From an uncultured Bdellovibrionales bacterium (GTDB lineage Bacteria > Myxococcota > XYA12-FULL-58-9 > CAYXVF01), in NCBI GenBank assembly GCA_964468125.1, contig CAYXVF010000016.1:5538-69537 (forward strand): a stretch of 64,000 nt of DNA, in the 5' to 3' direction. A program made the translations under genes and the position numbers. How positions within the stretch are numbered: position 1 is the first letter of the stretch; every line of letters starts with the position of its first letter. Positions 29,775 through 39,767 of the stretch are shown here, one piece after another. The notes beneath the pieces were generated by a model. It was not told the origin of the DNA, ran no database searches, and saw nothing but the letters and a program-made list of their open reading frames with translations.

Positions 29775-31766
29775 TCAGCTGAGCAAGGACTTCGCGACCT
29801 TTACGATGTTGTCGACGGTAAAACCGAAGTGTGCGAGCACTTCGCCGCCCGGTCCCGATGCTCCGAAGCGGTCGAGGCCGATCACCGCCCCGTGGTCCCC
29901 GACCCAGCGCTCCCAGCCCATCGTCGCCCCCGCTTCGACCGCGACGCGCGCTCGGACGCTCGGTGGCAGGACCTCGTCGCGGTAGGCGTGGTCTTGCTCC
30001 GCGAAGGCCTCCCAACAGGGCATCGAGACGACTCGCGTGCTGACTCCGTCGCTGCTCAGCGTCTTGGCTGCATCGAGGGCGAGACTCACCTCCGAGCCAC
30101 TGGCGATCAGGATCACATCCGGTGTGCCGTCGCAGTCCTTGAGCACGTAGGCGCCCTTGTGAAGGCCGCTGGCTGGGGCGAGCGTGCCGCGGTCGAGGGC
30201 GGGAAGATCCTGGCGGGAGAGGACGAGTCCACTCGGCCCACCGGAGCGTAGAAGGGCCAGCTTCCAGGCCTCTGCGGTCTCGTTGGCATCCGCGGGCCGT
30301 ATCACGTGCAGATTCGGCATCGCGCGCAGCGACGCAAGATGCTCCACCGGTTGGTGCGTGGGACCATCCTCACCGAGCCCGACTGAGTCGTGGGTCCACA
30401 CGGAGATCAGCGGGAGGCCGCTGAGCGCCGCCAGGCGCACCGACGGCCGCATGTAATCGGAAAAAACAAAGAAGGTCGACACATAGTGGCGCGGACCGCC
30501 GTGGTAGCAAATACCGTTACCGATCGCGGTCATCGCGTGCTCACGGACGCCGTAGTGGACGTTGCGTCCGGCGCCGGTGCTCCCGTCGAAGCTTCCCATG
30601 TCCTTCAACGCCGTGTTCGTAGAAACGGAGAGGTCCGCATCGCCGCCGAACAGCCAAGGGATCTTCTGTGCCAGAGCGTTTAGAACAGCGCCGGAGGCCT
30701 TGCGGGTCGCAAGCTTCTCACCGGCTTCCCAGCTGGGGATCGTGCTGTCCCAGTCGCTCGGGAGCTCGCCACTGCTCATCGTGGTCCATTGTTTGGCAAG
30801 CTCTGGATGCTCGCGCTCGTAGGCCGCGAAGCGTCGGTTCCACTCCTCCACGAGGCGCTCGCCCTCTGTCTTGGCGCTCAAGTGTTCGCGCACGTCGTCA
30901 GCGATTGCGAAGTGCTCGCTCGGGTTGAAGCCGAGGGCTTCCTTTGTGAGTGCGACCTCGTCCTCCCCTAGGGGTGAGCCGTGGGAGGAGCTGCTGCCCG
31001 CCTTGTTGGGCGAGCCAAAACCGATCGTGGTGCGCACGATGATGAAGGACGGCCGCTCGTCGCTCTTGGCGTCTTCGAGCGCCGCGTTCAACGCGTCGAG
31101 GTCCTCGTCGCCGTTCTCCACCCTAGAGACATGCCAACCATAGGCCTCGTAGCGTGCAGCCACGTCTTCGGTGAAGGTCATCGACGTAGGACCGTCGAGG
31201 GAGATGTCGTTGGCGTCGTAGAGGTAGACCAGACGGCCGAGCTTCAGGTGCCCAGCGAGGGAAGCCGCTTCTGCGGAGAGTCCCTCCATGAGATCGCCGT
31301 CGGACACGATGGCGTAGGTCATGTGGTCGACGAGGGTGTGCCCAGGGCGATTGAAGTGATGCGCGAGGAAACGCTCTGCGATCGCCATGCCAACCGCATT
31401 GGCGGTGCCTTGCCCCAAGGGGCCGGTCGTGGCCTCGACGCCGACCGTCTCAAAGGACTCTGGGTGTCCGGGGGTCTTGCTCCCGAGCTTTCGGAAGCTC
31501 TTGAGGTCGTCGAGGGTCAGCTCGTATCCGCTCAGGTGCAGCAGCGAGTAGAGGAGCATGCTGCCGTGGCCCGCGGAGAGAATGAAACGATCCCGGTCTG
31601 GCCAGCTCGGCTGGCTCGGGGCGTGCTTCAGGTGGTGCTTCCAGAGCACATAGGCCATCGGCGCCGCGCCCAGGGGCAGGCCGGGGTGTCCGGAATTGGC
31701 ATTTTGCACCGCGTCGATCGCAAGGGTGCGGATGGTGTTGACGGCGCGCATGGGAAGGTCGCTCAT
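29775..31766 (-). CDS. tkt: Transketolase
   Basis: ATG 31766 with GAGGAG ribosome-binding site. [51 protein letters not shown]: canonical Tkt motifs. Confidence 0.9.
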   Translation of the reverse strand: MSDLPMRAVNTIRTLAIDAVQNANSGHPGLPLGAAPMAYVLWKHHLKHAPSQPSWPDRDRFILSAGHGSMLLYSLLHLSGYELTLDDLKSFRKLGSKTPGHPESFETVGVEATTGPLGQGTANAVGMAIAERFLAHHFNRPGHTLVDHMTYAIVSDGDLMEGLSAEAASLAGHLKLGRLVYLYDANDISLDGPTSMTFTEDVAARYEAYGWHVSRVENGDEDLDALNAALEDAKSDERPSFIIVRTTIGFGSPNKAGSSSSHGSPLGEDEVALTKEALGFNPSEHFAIADDVREHLSAKTEGERLVEEWNRRFAAYEREHPELAKQWTTMSSGELPSDWDSTIPSWEAGEKLATRKASGAVLNALAQKIPWLFGGDADLSVSTNTALKDMGSFDGSTGAGRNVHYGVREHAMTAIGNGICYHGGPRHYVSTFFVFSDYMRPSVRLAALSGLPLISVWTHDSVGLGEDGPTHQPVEHLASLRAMPNLHVIRPADANETAEAWKLALLRSGGPSGLVLSRQDLPALDRGTLAPASGLHKGAYVLKDCDGTPDVILIASGSEVSLALDAAKTLSSDGVSTRVVSMPCWEAFAEQDHAYRDEVLPPSVRARVAVEAGATMGWERWVGDHGAVIGLDRFGASGPGGEVLAHFGFTVDNIVKVAKSLLS

Positions 31767-31855
31767 GGGGTCTCCTCGATCGATTCTCGAGCCCCTAGCT
31801 AACAGCTTCGACCCTCGGGAGAAAGCGCCGGGCGTCTGGAACGGAGAAGTCGGGC

Positions 31856-32728
31856 TCAAACCAGGCTGCGGCTCACCTCGATCCAATGGCGTGCCGCTTC
31901 TTTGTGCTCGTTGAGCGCGCTCGCGCTCAGCCCGAGCACCTGGCAGACATCGAAGGCAAGCTCGGTCCGGTCGGGAGCGAGAAGTGGGTAGCGCCCCTCG
32001 ATCCCGCAGAGCGCCCGGGCCACGTGGACCACGAGGACCATGGGCGGGTCCGAAAGGCGAGGATTGGCGTACCCGACCATGACCTCGGCAAGAGGGCTCG
32101 GGAAGTCGTGTTGGTGCGCCGCGGAGTGTCCGACCTCTGTGGGGGTGGCCCCGAGGATGCGTTTGAAGAGCTGATGGAGGGTGACTCCGAAGCTCGCCTC
32201 GAGCATGAGCTTGAGAAGCTCGGGCGCTCGGTCCGCGATGATCATGGTGCCGAGATCGTGGAGCAAACCGGAGGCGAAGGCCCGCTGCGGCTCTACGCGA
32301 CCGACCTTCGCGGCGATGGATTCGCTCAGATAGCCGACGGCTATCGACCGCTGCCAGACCTCCTCCATCACCGGCGACACGGTGCCGTCGAGGAGCGCTT
32401 CGCTCACGCGTTGCATGAAGATCAGCTGGCGTACCCGCCGTGCACCGATCCGCGCCGCCGCGAGCTCGATCGTCTCGACGGGGACGGCTCGGGCGAAGAA
32501 TGCGCTGTTGGCGAGACCGATCACGCGCGCGCTCAGGGCGGGGTCGCGTCCTAGAGGCTCGATGAGATCATGCAATTCCGTATCGGAGCCCAAATGCTCG
32601 AGCGCATCGCGCAGGCGTTGGAGCGCATTGGGCGAAGAGCCCGGAAGGGGAGCGAGATCGAGAATTCGCTCGAAGCGGTCACGCAACTCGCTGGAAGGCT
32701 CAAACGACACCTGCATCCCTCGGGTCAA
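31856..32728 (-). CDS. HDOD-domain signal-transduction protein
   Basis: 290 aa. HDOD pattern (ELHDLIE...[17 protein letters not shown]..., GLLHDLG). TTG at 32728 or ATG at 32716. Confidence 0.65.
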   Translation of the reverse strand: MTRGMQVSFEPSSELRDRFERILDLAPLPGSSPNALQRLRDALEHLGSDTELHDLIEPLGRDPALSARVIGLANSAFFARAVPVETIELAAARIGARRVRQLIFMQRVSEALLDGTVSPVMEEVWQRSIAVGYLSESIAAKVGRVEPQRAFASGLLHDLGTMIIADRAPELLKLMLEASFGVTLHQLFKRILGATPTEVGHSAAHQHDFPSPLAEVMVGYANPRLSDPPMVLVVHVARALCGIEGRYPLLAPDRTELAFDVCQVLGLSASALNEHKEAARHWIEVSRSLV

Positions 32729-32777
32729 CGGCCCATTCTCGATGTGTCCTGAGTCTCGCGACGCAAAAAACCGCGCT

Positions 32778-33389
32778 TCAGCCGAAATGCCCGGTCAAAC
32801 CCACGCCACGGACCCGCGCGTCGCCGCGGCCTTCCCACTCGATGACGTTGATCGCCCCGACCGGTTGCGGCACCGAGCGCCGGTAGCTCTCGAGGGGCAG
32901 ATCTTCGAGGAGGGAGATCAGCACGCGGTTGAAGGTCTTGTGGCCGATCGCGCACACGACCCCGTTCGGGTCGGTCTTTCGGATCTGCTCGAGCACGCGC
33001 TTGGCACGTTCGGCGACGTGGGTGATGTTCTCACCTTCTGGAAGGGCCACGTCCTGCGGCGCCGCGCGCCATTGCTCGTAGAGCTCTGCATCCCGTTCGC
33101 GCATCTGCGCTTCGGTCAGCCCGTCCCACGCTCCGAAGTCTTGCTCCAACATGTCGTCGAGAACCTGCACGTCGAGTTTCGCGACCTTGCTGAGAGGCTT
33201 GGCGGTCTGACGAGCGCGTTTGAGGGGAGAGGTGAACAGCGAGCTCGGTCGACGCTCGAACAGGAACGCCGCGAGCACCTGCGCTTGTGCTTGCCCTTCG
33301 CGGGTGAGACCGAGGTCGAGATGGCCGCAGTAGCGGCCGTCGCTGCTCGCTTCAGTGGCGCAATGGCGGACTAGGAAGAGGGTGCCCAT
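32778..33389 (-). CDS. Histidine phosphatase family protein (PGM/CobC-like)
   Basis: ATG 33389. LFLVRHCAT (RHG-type motif with Cys). Later HxxF-type region (CAIGHKTF). Confidence 0.7.
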   Translation of the reverse strand: MGTLFLVRHCATEASSDGRYCGHLDLGLTREGQAQAQVLAAFLFERRPSSLFTSPLKRARQTAKPLSKVAKLDVQVLDDMLEQDFGAWDGLTEAQMRERDAELYEQWRAAPQDVALPEGENITHVAERAKRVLEQIRKTDPNGVVCAIGHKTFNRVLISLLEDLPLESYRRSVPQPVGAINVIEWEGRGDARVRGVGLTGHFG

Positions 33390-33399
33390 GGCGACTTCC

Positions 33400-36282
33400 C
33401 TATTGAATATAACCGAGCGCACGAAGCGCCTCGAGACGCTGCGCGTTCATCGCTCGAGTCTCCTGTTCGATCACCGGCGGCGCCCCTTCATACAGAAGGA
33501 TCCGAGGCTCCGTCGCGCGCACGAGACCCGCGATGTCCCCCGCTTCATACTCAACCGCGGAGCTCGCCTCAATGCGGGCAGTGGCGATCGCTGTTCCTTT
33601 CCCGTTCAACACGTCGATCGCCAAACGTGCGGTGTCGTCTACCTCGAGCTCCGCGAACAGGAAACGCTCGTTACCGCTCACTCTCAGCTCGACCGTCCGG
33701 TCTCCGCTCCCGCGTCCCGTCGCCCCAAACCAGGCACGCGCACTCCGCATGGGGGTGTCGCTGCCGATCGCCACGCGCCTGGCGCCTTCCGGGAGCGCGA
33801 GTCCGAGCCAACGTCCGCGCCGGTTCTGCACGAGCCAGTCCGCGAGCTGCTGCTCGAGACGCTTCCGCTCGACACGGGCACTTCGCGCGAGGTCGTTCTG
33901 CTCGAGGGGGTCCTCGCGAATGTTGAACAGCCGAGTCCGCATCGAGGCCGACGTCGGGTGGTTGACGATCATTTTCCAGTCCCCGTGGCTCACGGCGATG
34001 ACGTGCTGTTTGACGTTCTCCGTGAACACCGGTGCGTCCTCGCTGTCCGGGTCGGCGGTGCCGTCGAGAAGGGGCAAGAGGGAGCGCGCGTTTCGTGGCT
34101 CATCGCGGGGTGTGAGACCCGCCATCTCGAGCACCGTGGGCATGAGGTCGTAGGCCTGCACGCTGCGCGTGACCCGTTTAACGTCTCCCTTCGCAAAACG
34201 CGCGTGTGGTTTGATGATCAGTGGGACGCGAGTCAGCGTGTCGTAGAGCCAGGGCCCCCCGTGCCCGAAGGTGTTGGCGTGCTCCCACATCATTTCGCCG
34301 TGGTCCGCGACGAAGACGATGAGGGTGTCGTCGTAGAGCCCACGGTCGCGGAGGGCCTGAAGGAACACGCCGAGCCGATCATCAATAAACGCGATCTCCC
34401 CGTCGTAGAGATCTTTCGCCACGGGTTTGAAGTCGCGCTTCATTCCCTTGCCCTGCCCGCAGCCGCCGCATCCGAGCACGTGGTTGTCGCCGGTGATCGT
34501 GATCGGGAGGTTGAGCGCAAAACGTCCGAGGTCGTCTCGGCCGGCATACTTCGAGTCGAAGGGTTTGGGCTGATTGAAGGGTTGGTGTGGGTCGTTGAAG
34601 TGCAGAAACAGAAAGAACCTGCGCTCTTCGTTGCGCTCGAGCCAGGCCATCGCCTTGTCCAGGTTCGATTGCGCATGCACGTGGTGCAGAGGGACGTTGA
34701 ACCAGCGCTCAAACCCCTGCTCGAATCCCATGTTGTACAGGTAGGCTTTGTACATGATCGCCTCGGTGGCGTAGCCCGCGTCGCGAAAGTACTCCGGTAG
34801 CGTATGTAGCGCATCAGGAATCGAGCGGGCGCGGTGGACCACTTGGTGGCGCGAGGCCGCGCGGCCGGTGAACATGCTCGCGAACGAAGGGCTCGTCCAG
34901 TTGCTCGCCGAGAGCGCCCGATCAAACACCACGCCATCCTCTGCGAGTCGGTCGATGTTGGGGCTGGTCTTCCGCTCGTAGCCGTACGCCGACAGACGAT
35001 CCGCTCGAAGGGTGTCTACGGCGATGACGATGACGTTCGGGCGCTCATCTTCTCGTTTCGCTTCTAGGACCGGCGTGCCCCAAAGACCCAAGCCCCGCTG
35101 TCCCGCCGGAGACTCCGTCTCCAGGATGAGTGTGGTATGTCGACCGACGAGTTCGGAAAGGGAGACCGAGCCTTCGTGCCACCGCCAATCGTCTCCGACT
35201 GTCAGTGTCTGCTCGAATAGGGTGATCGGATCACCGTCCTCTTTCGATGCACGAACCCGAAACGTGACGCTCTCCCCACTGCGACTCGCCTTGTGCATGG
35301 CGTAGGAGAAAACAAAGCGGGCGTCGGCGGGAAGTGCGGTGAGCGAGAACTTCAGGGTTGTGGGGCTTGGTACGAACAGCGCCTCGCGGTAGTCGTAATT
35401 GTGGTCATAGGGTGGCTTTGCGTCGCTGAGCAGGCCCACCGGCAACAGCTGGCCGCGCTTGGCGAGCCCGGATTCTTCTTCTGCGCGCAGCGCGTCGGCA
35501 CTCTTCAGGAGGGCGAGCTCCTGAGAGGAGCTCGGCAGCACCTTCTCCACTCGAATGTCGTCGAAGAGGCTCCTCGTCCCTGCGTTGCCCTTCACCAAGC
35601 CTTCCGCGTCATTGAGAAGCAGAACGAGCGAACGGGTGTAGGGTGACGTGAAGAAGCTCACGGCGCTGCCGTCCCAGCCTCCGGGCTTCGGGCGCTCGAA
35701 GTGGTGCACAAACAGGAGCTGTTTCATCGAGACGAATCGCCCGTTCATTGCGGCGCTGAGGTCCGCCGGATGGTTCAGGCTCTTTGGGTGGGCGAGGCGC
35801 GAGCGCGATTCGATCACCTGGAAATCGATGTTGGGGTCGTCCGTGCGACTTGCGCGCGCCACCCGGTAGTGGGTCGAGGGTTCCGCTTCCACGATGAACA
35901 CGCACTCGTGCGGGTTGCGTCCGCGGTACACGAGCGCGTTTCCCCGCCCATCCTGACGACGCCCTACGCGGCACCCCTTCCCCGGGAGAGAGGGGGCCGT
36001 GCCCTCGAAGCCGAGCTCGAGGCTCGTTTCGTGGGGAACATCGCCTTCGCCGGCGAGAGTCGCGACGCTCTTCACCGCGTCGAGGGGAGAGTGAACCTGC
36101 GCGTCGTCGATGTGGTCGACGAGTCGATAGGGCAGCTCGGTCGCGGGCTCCGCGGCCGCTGTGGCGTCGTCGGGCGCAGGGGCGGCTGCAGGGGCGCCCG
36201 CAGGGGCGCCCGCAGGCTCCGCTGCGGGCTCGGAGCGGCAGGCGAAGAGAAACAATGGCAACAGGACGATGATGCGACGCAT
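33400..36282 (-). CDS. Large sulfatase-family (alkaline-phosphatase superfamily) lipoprotein with Thr at the nucleophile position
   Basis: ATG 36282. Signal peptide with lipobox LPLFLFAC. About 430 aa N-terminal domain, then sulfatase core (NVIVIAVDTLRADRLSAYGY...; NWTSPSFASMFTGR aligns to C-x-P-S-R-xxxLTGR with Thr in place of Cys/Ser and Phe in place of Arg; FVADHGE). About 200 aa C-terminal extension. Confidence 0.7.
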   Translation of the reverse strand: MRRIIVLLPLFLFACRSEPAAEPAGAPAGAPAAAPAPDDATAAAEPATELPYRLVDHIDDAQVHSPLDAVKSVATLAGEGDVPHETSLELGFEGTAPSLPGKGCRVGRRQDGRGNALVYRGRNPHECVFIVEAEPSTHYRVARASRTDDPNIDFQVIESRSRLAHPKSLNHPADLSAAMNGRFVSMKQLLFVHHFERPKPGGWDGSAVSFFTSPYTRSLVLLLNDAEGLVKGNAGTRSLFDDIRVEKVLPSSSQELALLKSADALRAEEESGLAKRGQLLPVGLLSDAKPPYDHNYDYREALFVPSPTTLKFSLTALPADARFVFSYAMHKASRSGESVTFRVRASKEDGDPITLFEQTLTVGDDWRWHEGSVSLSELVGRHTTLILETESPAGQRGLGLWGTPVLEAKREDERPNVIVIAVDTLRADRLSAYGYERKTSPNIDRLAEDGVVFDRALSASNWTSPSFASMFTGRAASRHQVVHRARSIPDALHTLPEYFRDAGYATEAIMYKAYLYNMGFEQGFERWFNVPLHHVHAQSNLDKAMAWLERNEERRFFLFLHFNDPHQPFNQPKPFDSKYAGRDDLGRFALNLPITITGDNHVLGCGGCGQGKGMKRDFKPVAKDLYDGEIAFIDDRLGVFLQALRDRGLYDDTLIVFVADHGEMMWEHANTFGHGGPWLYDTLTRVPLIIKPHARFAKGDVKRVTRSVQAYDLMPTVLEMAGLTPRDEPRNARSLLPLLDGTADPDSEDAPVFTENVKQHVIAVSHGDWKMIVNHPTSASMRTRLFNIREDPLEQNDLARSARVERKRLEQQLADWLVQNRRGRWLGLALPEGARRVAIGSDTPMRSARAWFGATGRGSGDRTVELRVSGNERFLFAELEVDDTARLAIDVLNGKGTAIATARIEASSAVEYEAGDIAGLVRATEPRILLYEGAPPVIEQETRAMNAQRLEALRALGYIQ

Positions 36283-36406
36283 GGAATCCTCAGTGGGGAC
36301 ACTGTCGAGACCTAGTAAATGCACCCTCCCTCGGGGCGGACGATCCGTCAAATTCCTCGATCTCCCGGTCGCTTGCGGCGCTGCGCCGTCGGATTAGGTT
36401 GCCTGC

Positions 36407-38770
36407 ATGACCTTATCTCCGGAGATCGAAGAGCGCTGGTGTCGCGGCCGGGAAACGGTGCCCCGCGACGGCGCACTCGTCCTGTATTGGATGCGCACCG
36501 CCGTGCGCGCCTACGAAAATCCCGCTCTCGACGCGGCCCTACTGACCGCCCGTTCCCTGGGCGTACCGCTCCTCGTCTACCACGCCGTCTCCGAGCGCTA
36601 TCCTTACGCGAATGACCGGCATCACCACTTCATTCTCGAAGGGGCACGCGATGTCTCCCGTGAGCTCGCCGAGCGAGGCATTCCCTATGCGCTCCACGTC
36701 GAGCGGGAGGGAAATCGAGGGCCGCACCTGAAAACCCTCGGCCACCGCGCGGCGGTCGTCATCTCGGAGGAAATGCCGGTGAGCCCCCTCCGCGAGTGGA
36801 CCGAAACCCTCGCCGCTGCAATCGATGCACCGGTTTGGACCTTTGATACGGCGTGCGTCGTCCCGGTCACTCTGCCCGGCAAGCCCTACACACGCGCTTT
36901 CAAATACCGCGATGCGGTGAAGCGCTTTCGGCGCGATCGCATCGCCCGTGAGTGGCAGGAGCAGGAGGATCCTGGGGACGCGACGATCCCGGTCGAGCTT
37001 CCCTTCGACCCGGTGGACCTCGAAGTGACGTCAGCGGATGAGCTCGTTGCCGCATGCAGAATCGACCACTCGGTGGCGCCGGTGCCGCATACGCGGGGCG
37101 GCTCTGCGGCGGGTTATGCGCGCTGGGAGCGGTTCAAGGCGCGAGGGCTCAAAGCCTACGGGCGGACGCGAAACGACCCGCTCAAGGATGGGGTGAGCCG
37201 AATGTCTGCCTATCTCCACTACGGACACGTCTCTCCGCTGCGTCTGGCGCGCGAGGCTCACGCGGCGAAGGCGGAGAAGTACGTTGATGAGCTCGTAACT
37301 TGGCGCGAGCTCGCCTACACCTACTGCTACTACGAGTCGGATCTGGACACCGTGGAAGCGCTTCCGTCCTGGGCTCGGGAGACCTTTCGCGCTGGAGAGT
37401 GCGACCCGCGTCCCGCGCTCTATTCCTGGGAGACCTTGGCGCGCGCCCAAACCGGTGACGCGCTCTGGGATGCGTGTCAACGCTCGCTCCTGATCCATGG
37501 CGAGCTGCACAACAATGTGCGCATGACCTGGGGCAAAGCCTTCTCCCAGTGGACCCCAAACGTCGAGCGCGCGCTCGCGCTCGCGCTCGATCTCAACCAT
37601 CGCTATGCGCTGGACGGTCGGGATCCGAGCTCCTATGGCGGTATCTTGTGGTGCTTTGGCCAGTTCGATCGTCCCTTCTCGCCCGCACAGCCGATCATCG
37701 GGGTGGTGAGGCCGCGTCCTACGGAACAGCACGCCAGGCGCCTCGATGTTCGCGCCTATTCGGCGAAGACCGGTCGGCCGCTGGTGCACAACCCCCCAAA
37801 GGTCGCCGTGGTTGGCGCTGGGGTTGCCGGGATGATGTGTGCCCGGACACTGAAAGACCACGGCGTCCCAGTGGTGGTGTTCGACAAGGGGCGAGGAGCC
37901 GGTGGGCGAATGTCCACGCGGCGGGCAGAGCCGAGGGCGTTCGATCATGGCGCCCCGTACTTTGTTGCCAGGGACCGCACGTTTCGCCGCTACGTCACGA
38001 GCTGGCTCGAGGACGGAATCGTGGAGCGCTGGGCCGGTCGACCCGCGCGCCTCAGCGACGGCGTCATCCACTCTGACGACGGGCCGAAAGAGCGTTTCGT
38101 CGGCTCGCCCAGGATGTCGGCGGTGGTGGCCCATCTCGCCGAGGACCTAGACGTTCGCTTCGGCGCGGAAGTAACGTCCATGGTTCGCGAGGGTGGTGGT
38201 TTTCACGTTGTGCTCGGAGACGAGCGCTCTGGCCCCTTTGACCTCGTGCTCTTTGGTGCGCCCGCGCCACAGACCGCCCGGCTCGCACCCCTCTTCGCCG
38301 AACGCCTAGAGTCGGTGCGCTACCGGCCCGCATGGACGACACTGATCTCCCTCGATGAGGAGCCAGACGAGCTCCAATGGGACTCGCTCAAGGTCGAGAG
38401 CTCGATCGTTGCGTGGATCGCGCGCAATCACAAAAAGCCCGGCCGCGCGGATGCACCGAGCCTCGTCGTACAAGCGGAGCAGGGCTACAGCCTCGAGCAT
38501 CTCGAGGACCATGAGACGTCTGTTACCGGTGCCATGTGTGAGGCCGTCTCGACCCTCACAGGAATCTCCCCCTCGCGGATGGTGGAAGCGCGCGCGCATC
38601 GATGGCGCTATGCCCTCGTAGAGCAGGCGCTCGGTGAGCCCTGCCTTTGGGACGCGGACGCGGGGCTCGGTGTCTGTGGCGACGGGTGTCTCGGTCCGCG
38701 GGTCGAGGATGCGTTCTCGAGCGGCGTGGCTCTAGCCGGTCGTGTGCTCTCCTGGATGCGTGGTGCGTGA
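36407..38770 (+). CDS. Class II CPD photolyase fused to a renalase-like NAD(P)/FAD-dependent oxidoreductase domain
   Basis: 787 aa. Class II photolyase motifs in the N-terminal domain (LVLYWMRTAVRAYENPAL, MSAYLHYGHVSPLR, VTWRELAYTYCYY, LNHRYALDGRDPSSYGGILWCFGQFDRPF, ...RRLDVRAY). Short linker, then Rossmann dinucleotide motif VAVVGAGVAGM and FDHGAPYF (COG3380/renalase-like) through aa 787 with no intervening stop. Confidence 0.75.
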   Translation: MTLSPEIEERWCRGRETVPRDGALVLYWMRTAVRAYENPALDAALLTARSLGVPLLVYHAVSERYPYANDRHHHFILEGARDVSRELAERGIPYALHVEREGNRGPHLKTLGHRAAVVISEEMPVSPLREWTETLAAAIDAPVWTFDTACVVPVTLPGKPYTRAFKYRDAVKRFRRDRIAREWQEQEDPGDATIPVELPFDPVDLEVTSADELVAACRIDHSVAPVPHTRGGSAAGYARWERFKARGLKAYGRTRNDPLKDGVSRMSAYLHYGHVSPLRLAREAHAAKAEKYVDELVTWRELAYTYCYYESDLDTVEALPSWARETFRAGECDPRPALYSWETLARAQTGDALWDACQRSLLIHGELHNNVRMTWGKAFSQWTPNVERALALALDLNHRYALDGRDPSSYGGILWCFGQFDRPFSPAQPIIGVVRPRPTEQHARRLDVRAYSAKTGRPLVHNPPKVAVVGAGVAGMMCARTLKDHGVPVVVFDKGRGAGGRMSTRRAEPRAFDHGAPYFVARDRTFRRYVTSWLEDGIVERWAGRPARLSDGVIHSDDGPKERFVGSPRMSAVVAHLAEDLDVRFGAEVTSMVREGGGFHVVLGDERSGPFDLVLFGAPAPQTARLAPLFAERLESVRYRPAWTTLISLDEEPDELQWDSLKVESSIVAWIARNHKKPGRADAPSLVVQAEQGYSLEHLEDHETSVTGAMCEAVSTLTGISPSRMVEARAHRWRYALVEQALGEPCLWDADAGLGVCGDGCLGPRVEDAFSSGVALAGRVLSWMRGA

Positions 38771-39767
38771 CCCGCTCTTGAAAGTGACCGAGTCGGGTCT
38801 CTACTGCGCGCGCGGGGATTTTTACGTCGACCCCTGGCGCGGGGTGGAGCGCGCACTGATCACCCATGGTCACGCAGACCATGCACGCGCGGGCTCACGC
38901 CACTACTGGGCTGCGAGCGCCGGTGCACCGATTCTTCGACAACGTCTCCTCGAAATCGATCTCACCCCCGTGGACTATGGGAAAGCCTTCGAGCTCGGGG
39001 GTGTGCAGGTGTCCTTTCACCCCGCCGGCCACGTCTTGGGATCCGCGCAGGTACGCCTCGAGGCCGATCGGGAGGTGTGGGTGGTCTCCGGCGATTACAA
39101 GCGCTCGCCGGACCCGACGTGCCAGCCGTTCGAGGTGGTGCCCTGCGACGTTTTCATCAGCGAGGCGACCTTCGCTCTCCCGGTCTATCAGTGGCGGCCC
39201 GGCGAAGAGATCGCGCGCGAGATCCTCGCCTGGTGGGACGCAAATGCGAAGCGCGGTCGCAACTCCGTGCTCTTGTGTTACGCCCTCGGCAAAGCACAGC
39301 GAGTCCTCGCGGAGCTCTCGCAACTCACGGACCGTGGCGTCCACGTGCACGGCGCTGTCGATTCGATCGTTCAGCTCTATCGCGACTCGGGGATTGCAAT
39401 GCTCGACAGCGAAAAGGTCGACGGTCGTGACCAGCGCAAGAAGTTTCGTGGCGAGCTCGTCGTTGCTCCGCCCTCGGCGGCGGGGTCGACCTGGCTGCGC
39501 CGCTTTGGCGACTACCAGCTCGGCTTTGCGTCCGGCTGGATGCGTTTGCGGGGCTCGCGCCGACGCCGCGGCTACGACCGGGGCTTCATCCTCAGCGACC
39601 ATGCAGACTGGCCCGGACTCGTTGACACCATTCGTGCGACCGGCGCGCGCAAGGTGCTCGCCACCCATGGCTACACCGACGCGATCGTGCGCTATCTGCG
39701 GGAGGAGGGTGTCGACGCCGAGGCCCTCGAGACCGCCTTCGAGGGCGAAGGGGAGGGGGGTCAATGA
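38742..39767 (+). CDS. Ligase-associated DNA damage response exonuclease (MBL fold)
   Basis: LYCARGDFYVDPWRGVERALITHGHADHA and metallo-beta-lactamase His motifs. Start is GTG 38742 or GTG 38763. Overlaps the photolyase stop. Confidence 0.7.
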   Translation: MCSPGCVVRDPLLKVTESGLYCARGDFYVDPWRGVERALITHGHADHARAGSRHYWAASAGAPILRQRLLEIDLTPVDYGKAFELGGVQVSFHPAGHVLGSAQVRLEADREVWVVSGDYKRSPDPTCQPFEVVPCDVFISEATFALPVYQWRPGEEIAREILAWWDANAKRGRNSVLLCYALGKAQRVLAELSQLTDRGVHVHGAVDSIVQLYRDSGIAMLDSEKVDGRDQRKKFRGELVVAPPSAAGSTWLRRFGDYQLGFASGWMRLRGSRRRRGYDRGFILSDHADWPGLVDTIRATGARKVLATHGYTDAIVRYLREEGVDAEALETAFEGEGEGGQ

